This document shows positions 55,871 through 64,000 of a stretch of DNA of 64,000 bases, piece by piece. A program made the position numbers and the translations under genes. This DNA comes from Sphagnum compactum (taxonomy: Eukaryota), in the NCBI GenBank assembly GCA_965153455.1, contig OZ234494.1:2542001-2606000 (forward strand). The letters run 5' to 3'. The notes below the pieces were generated by a model that worked only from the letters and a program-made list of their open reading frames with translations, had not been told where the DNA came from and did not search any database. Numbering within the stretch: the first letter of the stretch is position 1; the number at the start of each line of letters is the position of its first letter.

Positions 55871-58800
55871 ACATTGTACATGAAACCCATGTAAGCAATT
55901 CTTGCATTCAAAACTAATAACTACATATAAATTTCTTGAACTACAATTAAACATTTGCTAATTTAATAATATTTTTTAATCATTAGGAAAATGTAAGTTA
56001 GATTCATGTTGATCTAATAGAGCAAACTTATTGAATTGTAATTAAATTAAAACCATACATGACTGAAATGAATGAAAGGGGGGGAGGGTGGGGGGGAATA
56101 TTTTTAATTTGATGGTATAAGGTGATGACATTCTCCTTGCAAAGCTTTCCAAACCTAAATTATCAAGCCATAATCCAAATAAATCCACACAAAACCTTAA
56201 ACAAACAAATTAAAAACCTTAAAACAATTATAGTGATAAATTAAACATTAACTACAAAGCTTTACACATAATCTTGATAACTATATAGAAAATAGTTTTG
56301 GACGTGATCTATTTATTAGTTAAAAATCAAAGTTAAAAATTTAAGAATTTAAATGAATGAAAAAATCAAATAAAATTACTGACCCCTCTCATACCTTCTT
56401 ATTTGATTATCTCCAAATTGAAAAATGTTTCCACTCCTCTTCAAAAAAGAAGAAATGAATTTCAATTGCTCAATATATGTGTTCATAATTCTTCCCTCCC
56501 AAATTAGTGTAACCTTGAATTTAATTAATAAATTATTTTTTTTTTGCAAAAGTTATAAATGTTGACACATTTATTTAACCCTAAATGGATCCTCCTTTGA
56601 TCCATTTTCAGCTAGAAAATAATATCCTTTTTTTTTCAACCCAAGGCACTAAATTATTTAATTTTGTTGTGTACAACATGTAATAAATGGTGCAAAGTGG
56701 AGGTTCAAGGCAAGGTATCGATGGCAAGAAAAACTTGCAAATGCAATATCCACATGGGGGATTTTAATTATGTCTAATTTAATGCTAACTAATTGAATGC
56801 AATACCTACATTTGCATTATTTCCATGAACAATGTGAACATCATGTAGCTAGGTAGGTAAGTAGGAGGGAAGGTGGGTAGGTAGGTAAGAATATGAAAGA
56901 CATAGGCATGTAGTAGACAGGTCCCTAGTTGGGTGGTAGGCATATAGGGGGGGGGGATTTAGTAGGTGGGAAAAGGGGGTAAGGATCTAGTAGGTAGGTA
57001 GATGATTGGGGGGGGGTTGATTCCTAGTTGGTACCCAAGGCCAAAAAGGCGAGTAGTATGTAGGAAGGTAGGTGAGATCGGAGTTGGGAAAAAACAAACA
57101 AGCAAAATATAATATAATATAAAATAAAATAAAATCCCATTAAAGGGTCAGCACCAAAAAGGTGACCAGTTATCAATGCACATTTAGCCACTAATGAGAA
57201 ATCCCTCCCCATCCAGTGGACAGAACTGCCAACTGGTACACTGGTGGGTACTAGAGGGGTTTTGACAGCCAGAGGTTTAATGCTCTGGACTATCCACCAG
57301 TTGGAGGCAACTGGTGGACAGGCTGCCAGTCCAGAATACAGCTACTTGTGTATTAAGTGACCACTGTTGTTCCTGACAGGGGATCTTAAGTGAGGGTTTT
57401 TTTTTTTTTTTTTATTTTAAATTAATTTTTAATAAAAAAATTCGTATGTTTACTTGTGGGGTCAAGGAACAGACATAAAGGCCAAGCTCAAGGCTAATGA
57501 ATTATAAGTGTTTTTCCCAAAGAGACCAAATTATTGATATATGCCCTCCTCACCACAAAGCCCAAAAGAGTGGGGGGGGGGAGAAAGGCTCATTAGTGTT
57601 ACTAAACTCTTAGTTTGATTGAATTATGACCATGGAGTTGAACCTAACAAGGCACAAATGTGGCCTTTTGAAGGTTTAAATGAAAATCAAGGATCTAAGA
57701 TTATCATGGTAATGGTGAATTGGGTTTATATTGGGCTCAATACATATAGCCATTTTACTCATGGTTTCATAGAAAAGTGAGGCGCTTTGGAGACACCAAC
57801 ATATCATAATATACTAGGGGGTACATTTGGGACCCAAGTTCGTCATTATAATGTGGAAAACATGTGTTTTTCCCCTAATGTGACCCATTGAAAAAGGGTT
57901 TTAGAGGTCCATTGAGGAAACAATAGAGTCCTAGCTCCTACAAACTATTTGGCCTATTGATACACACTTGGTGCAAAATTAAAACCAAAAAGATTTCGTG
58001 ATGGAAATAATTAAAGTGTTCACAAGAATTACTAATTAAATTTAAATTAACCTAGATGTGCCAAAAACCAAGTGAAAGCTTCAATGGTTTTGACATTTGA
58101 CTAGTGTTATATAGGATGCAACCTTTGAAGTCAAGAAAAATTTAGCATCCTTTTATATGTTTGGTTACTTGCTACAACTTAAGATAGAATTTAGTGAATT
58201 TTTTATTAAGAAAATTTGGAACTTTCGCAAATAAAAAACTCAAAAAGAACATTAATTATTTTTTTCCAATTTGAAAAAAAATCACCATTTGGCAAAATAT
58301 TGTCAAAAAGAGAAAACCATGTATCATATTAATATGAGTATTAGTATTGATCAACATATTAGTTCAGTATGACCTAAGGCAATACCAAGTATATACCTAT
58401 CACATATCATGCACAAATTTGCCTTGGACCTAATATTAGTACGAAATTGGTATGAAAGTTTTAAAAAAGTAACCAACATCAATAGCTTATATATATATAT
58501 ATATATATATAAACTGATACCAAGGCTAGTCTAGTATATTTAATACCGTTTCAAGTTCCATGGTAATGAAATTCTTTTTCAAATATTGAAAAATTATATG
58601 TTTGAAATGTTGAAATTTAAGGAGATTATAAGGGAGGAATTTTTTAAAAAATTTGATGGAAATAAAAAAGCTTTTTACTTCATGCCAATCCACCATTGTA
58701 GAACATGTATTCAACAATAAATAATATTTTACGTATCCTATAATTTGGTGGAACATTAAAGTTATCCTCAAAGATAGTAAAACCTAAGAACAAAATCTTG

Positions 58801-59811
58801 AGTTTCACTAAAACTAAGGATGACAATCAAATTACAAGATCTAGGATTATGACAAAATAAAATAATAGAAGAAGAAACTCAAATTTCCTCTTCAACTGAA
58901 GATGATTTTAATTTTCTTTTGTTTTTTGAGTTTTTAAATAAATAAATATATATATATATATGTCTACCTAGGGGTCTACCTATGTTATGGGATACCTAAA
59001 AAGAACTTAGACAAATACACAAAAGTTAGCTAAGGTCTTCCCAAGTTAGCCCCCTTAAGTAGTCCCTAAATTTAACCATAGATAGTCCCTAGGCCCTATA
59101 TAGGTTATTTTAAGGATAACTTTATTATGTTATTTTTGCAACACTAAGTATTGAAAAAATGTTGTAAAAGGTCTCATTATGTTAGAGGTTCAGAGTTAAG
59201 AGAACCAGTCAAAGAAGTTACAAATATTTTATTGCCAAATTTTCATAAAATTATTATTTTCACTATTGTAATAGAATATGAAAACAAAATAAAATAATTA
59301 ATTTAACACTGGTTTTGATGTACTTTACTTTAGGAATGGTCCATTTATGTGCAAAATGGAGGACAACAACAACAACACATTTGGCTATTGGATTTATATA
59401 ATGAGAGTGGATGAATGGATTAAAAGATTTGTTGAGTTGAATACTTTGTATGAACTATGAAAATTCACCTCAATTTTTTTAATAAGTATTGGTTTCCTCA
59501 ACAATCATCACTTGGTGGTTTTTTTCATCCCCAAAAACCCAGCCAACTAGCCTAACACAGATGGATGAAAATAAATGACATCCTGAAGAATCATTTGTAA
59601 ATAAGCCAACAACAACAATTAATATACAAAATGTGTAAATAAATTTGAGCTTTTCACTCTTCCTTGTTTATCACTCTAGCTAGTTGCTATTAATTGTCCT
59701 TACACTGTATTTGGATGATGTACATCCAAAAAATACAGTGTTAGGTATAGTATCATCCCCACCCATAAAAATGAAGAAGTAAAGTGGACTGTATTAAGTG
59801 GAAGACTAATT

Positions 59812-59990
59812 GAAAACAGTCACCACCTGGGCCCAATCATTATAGTTGACCAATGAGAAACAGTCACCACCTGGGCCAATCATTATAGTTGACCAATGAT
59901 AAGAAAACAATCACCACCTGGGCCAATCATTATAGTTGACCAATGAAAAGCAATCACCACCTTGGCCAATCATTATAGTTGACCAATTAA
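59812..59990. repeat. Tandem repeat, 4 copies of 43-47 bp
   Basis: caccacctgggccaatcattatagttgaccaat starting at 59821, 59865, 59912 and 59955. Confidence 0.92.
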
Positions 59991-60239
59991 AAACCATCAT
60001 TTCGTTTTACTGGGCGCCTGTTCTATAGAGGGCACTGTATTTTGGGGAATCTTTTAGAGGCCCAAAACTGAGTTGCACACTATTTTGACTACTATACGTC
60101 ATTTGAAATGAAGTGTTCAAGCCAGTTTAGTCATTAAATGTGGAATATTCTTTAATTAGGAAATATACTAGTAATCATTCATGGACATCTCAACTAAAGT
60201 AATCATTAATAAAAACATCATCATCAGTGTTTAAAAAAA

Positions 60240-60850
60240 AAAAAACAATTTTAAGGATTTTGTGATGTGGCCAAGGTGGCAATCATTTGGAAAATAATTT
60301 TAGCCAAATTTGGCTACATGCTAAATCAGTGTTTTTTTTTAAAAAAAATTTCTCTTGTTGCTGCAAAAGTGGTGATTGGCCACTAAAGGATTTAGTCAAA
60401 TCTGATCGCAAGATAAATAAAAAAGTAGAAATTCTAGCAATCCTATTACATTTTGGTGAACTACTAGTCCTCAGGAGTTAATATATGTTGATTTAGAAAG
60501 AAGAAAGGTTGGAATCTGCCCTAATCCTCAAAAGAATTGTTGGTGATTTTTTTAAAAAACCATTCTCGAAATGTGGCAATTCTTTTGGAAATTTTCCAAA
60601 ATGTTCCCTTCACCATGTTTCTTGAGACTTTTTTTGTTTTAGCAAAATGGGGAATTTTTGCCACAAAAAATAATCATTGTCCTAAATATGAAAGTAGAAA
60701 AATAAACATAATCCTTTTATATTCTTGGCTACCTGCTAGAATTTGTATGAGCAATTTGAGCCATATTTTTCATGAAAAATCCTTTGTATAGGTCAAAATC
60801 ATATTTTTCAGGTTGAAATTGGATGAAATTCATCAATATTAAAAACATTA
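60240..60850. repeat. Member of a high-copy dispersed repeat family (GATGAT.GCCACTTTGGCTACA / TAGCCAAATTTGGCTA core)
   Basis: The same cores recur in both orientations at about 8090-8330, 15640-15780, 33050-33345, 33960-34220, 42500-42770, 44040-44550, 44960-45100 and 47850-48090. Confidence 0.7.
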
Positions 60851-62439
60851 ATCATCACATTGCATTTAAAGTGAGAATGCCACGATTGTTTGATTGATGT
60901 TAGAATATGATATATTGTATTTGTCCATGTAACATCGATTAGTTGTCATGTTGTCCCCTATGTGTCAATTACTTTTCAAATTTTTAGTAATCAATATTGT
61001 ATAAGATGTCCAAATAAAAATAAAAATCCATAGTACATTTATGATAGTTTCATATGTTTTTTACACAAAATTTAAGACAATAGAATTCATTCTTACAAAT
61101 GTGATACAACATCAAGTAGGGAGAGTTTCAAAGTTTTTAGCAATAAACCTTGACTATTGAAAAGATTATAACTTGTTACATAATTGTGTTTTCAAATGGT
61201 GGCTTTGATATTGCCTATTGTTGCACACTTCTTATTTTTCAAGTTAAGACATGAATTCACTAAATAAAAGAGAGGAAGTAAGCAATCTACAAAAATGAGC
61301 GAAGGTAATGGGGTTGAATCTTCAACCACTTGTATGGGGAGGGAAAATTCTAGCCTCAACAAGGTTGGTAAGAAACTCATGTGGAGGTTTGAAGATGGTA
61401 TAAAATGGATTTTTTTTTTAATTTTAATTTCATGGTGTTTAATAATGGGGAGGTTGTAAAATATTGTCATGTCATCTAGGTTCTTACCATTGTTGACCAA
61501 TTAACATATTATGCTCACTTTTGATAGTTCCATATAAGGCAATTTTTGAAAGAAACTCTGGACAAATGAAATGACAAATGGAATTTTAAAATTCTAGACT
61601 ACACCAAGGTTACCAATTCCCAAGGAATTCAAAATTTCGTCAATTATAAATTTGTATGAAAATATTCATACCAATTGTGATCTAAAGGTTCCTGTTACAA
61701 AATGCAAATTGAAACAAGCATCATACATCTTGCACTTACAATTATAACCATATACTTACAATAAACAAAAACAAGAAACTTTGCATCCAATCCCTACAAC
61801 ATTTGACACTATTTCTTTATTCAAATGTGTGCAAACAATACTCACGATGAATAATGAGGCTATGCTAATTGTGAAAGAATATGATCGAACTCCGACATCT
61901 AATATCATTAAACCTCTTAGTTGTTCAAAAAATCAACCATGTATGCTTATAAAAGCTTGATAGATAAAAATAGCTATCAAATTGTGTACCTTAACCATTT
62001 TGATAATGAAATTAATTAAAAGTTTAACTATGTGAAAATTTGCATCAATTGGCTTGAGAAATTAGATGCAAGTGCTTTTCAAAATTAGATTGTAAATCAT
62101 GTGTAGTCAAATTACAATTCCAAAACTACTAGTGTAACAATTTCACAACAACTTTCATTAGCGCAAATGACATCATGGAATAATCAACTTTGTAAAACTT
62201 GTCATAAACTCTTTTAATTATGTGATGTTAGTACAAATTTAAACAAGTCAATCTTCTAATAAACATGATAAAATATACATACAACCCATTCAATAAAAAG
62301 TTGGCACAAAAAAGTTGACCAATGACCTCTTGATTGGTTGAAGACACATGTTGTTACCATTGGATTAGGGCATATGTGATCATTTATATAATCACCTAGA
62401 CTTGAGATTAAAAACTTTTTTAAAAAAAAGTTTACTAAT

Positions 62440-63120
62440 TATAATGAATGATAATTGCCTGCTTGAATTCTAAGGTTTCTTCAAGCATGACCACTTTGCT
62501 CGCAAATTAGGACTTGACAAGATATTTCTATTTACATGGGTGCAACCCCCTATCAATGCAAGCCTTCCTTCACTCATTTTGACCTTTCTTAGGTTTTTTG
62601 TTCCAAATTTTGATTTTTTAGTGACCTTTGTCAACCCTCTTGCAATTTTGGAGTCATCAGTTGCATATGTTAATAAGCAATTGATAAAACATGACTGAAA
62701 CAAATGCCTTCAAACAACACTTGGCATTGTACGACAAACATGTAACAATGGGATTGAAAAACAACTCACGAACATTGCCTAGGCATTAATTACCTCCTCA
62801 ACCACACATTTTCAATTGTGGAAATAAACGTATTTACAAATGTAAATTTGTAAAGAGTGAGGTCTTCAAGGAATTTCACTTGGACCTCATCATTCTTCTT
62901 GTATGGATTATTGGATCCAAAAAAACTATGATGGCCAAACTCTAATTGGTGTGGAGTGTTCCTTGGCTGATTAGAGAATGTGGTTATTTTCCTTTATATA
63001 ATGACTACTGGCACCTTCCTCAAAGCACACATGCTTGGATGAAAGACATCAACGAGTTTGCACATAGCAATAATACAATTTGCTTTCATGTATTTCACAA
63101 TGCCTTTTCTTAAAACTCAT
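62440..63120 (-). mobile_element. Degenerate hAT-like transposase remnant
   Basis: Minus-strand fragments PYKKNDEVQVKFLEDL..STIENVWLRR (~62910-62790) and CLLTYATDDSKI..TKKSKFG.. resemble plant hAT transposase N-terminal and core regions from memory. Heavily decayed. Confidence 0.5.
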
Positions 63121-64000
63121 CTTTGCCTTATTACATTGGTCTCAATAAGACTAGCTAGCTCTATACATTATGTATTGTAAGACTTGAAAGTTTGCAACAT
63201 CAATAGGTAGGTTATCATTAACAACAAATGAACTTCAACAAATTGAATTTTATTGTGAAGTTTCAACAAAGCAACTTGAACACTCAAAACTACAAATAGA
63301 TATGCATTTCCCTCACTTTGGTTGTACTCAATTTCTTCTTTTGTACTGACTTTCAACATTACACAAGTTGAGGTGCCCATAGTTTGGCCATCAACTTGAT
63401 CCATCATAAATCAAAATCCATAAAATAAATTTCCATAAAACCAAAATAATTGAAAATAAGACTAATATGTGTGGAAGAGAATTCAATGTATGAATTACTT
63501 GCCAACCACCTTCAAAAGAATGGCCACATGAATGTTATGGATAAAATCTAATCAAACTTTTTGAAATAACTTATAAAAGTCCTTAGTGACACCTATTCAT
63601 TATGCAATCTAATTCTTCCAACTTCCAACCTTTCAATAACACATTCACCATCAAAGCTTTTGGTGACCAATTGTTCACTACTCTCAACCTTAAGAATTCT
63701 ACCTCTAACTAGTACATGCAAATATTTCTCAATTTTATTACGGTAGAGATAATGAAACACCTTCTGCATTCTACTTTGGTTACAAGTAATTTAACCAATT
63801 TCCACTATTCTAGTTCTTTGAAATGAGGATTATCATATGACAACATTGTTGATGAAGCACAATAATTGTTAACCAAGTGATGACCGGATTGGTAACCAAT
63901 GCTACTTGCCATAACCCATGACAAAAGATGACACCATGTTAATTTAGAATGAGATTGGTTTAATCTCAGCTATGTTTCCATGATGAGGTTCAAACATGTT

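Noticed and set aside
58489..58510. (AT)n microsatellite; also (TAG)n at ~10464-10481
   Set aside because: Ordinary simple repeats with no further structure.
59812..59990. Repeat array as CRISPR
   Set aside because: Only a few variable A-rich bases lie between units, there are no spacers, and the unit derives from a MITE.
41000..64000. Numerous 60-100 aa ORFs in the AT-rich right part of the window
   Set aside because: Low-complexity F/L/I/K-rich translations inside repeats, with no splice-consistent gene structure; no host gene supported.

Overview
Eukaryotic, AT-rich land-plant genomic DNA. Gene style, intron style and repeat families suggest a moss, probably Sphagnum (inference). Four host genes are supported. 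(1) A SAC9-type phosphoinositide phosphatase on +, with 12 exons visible from 483 to 6736; its 5' end lies outside the window. (2) A small complex I subunit gene (B14.5b/NDUFC2-like) on -, about 9759-10433. (3) A four-exon secretory phospholipase A2 on -, 18842-20701, with an unusual hydrophobic C-terminal tail. (4) An intronless uncharacterised plant protein on -, 30929-31873. Most of the rest is degraded transposon sequence: two hAT-like transposase remnants, a Mutator-like remnant, and an RLE-type (CRE-like) non-LTR retroelement split by two insertions. There are also complete Tourist/Harbinger-type MITEs with TTA/TAA duplications, a 513-bp non-autonomous Helitron nested inside one MITE, and several tandem arrays. 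I see no prokaryotic-type system (CRISPR, operon). The best leads are the possibly membrane- or GPI-anchored sPLA2, clustered NPF/DPF endocytic motifs in SAC9, and telomere-like repeats at the presumed 5' end of the CRE-like element.
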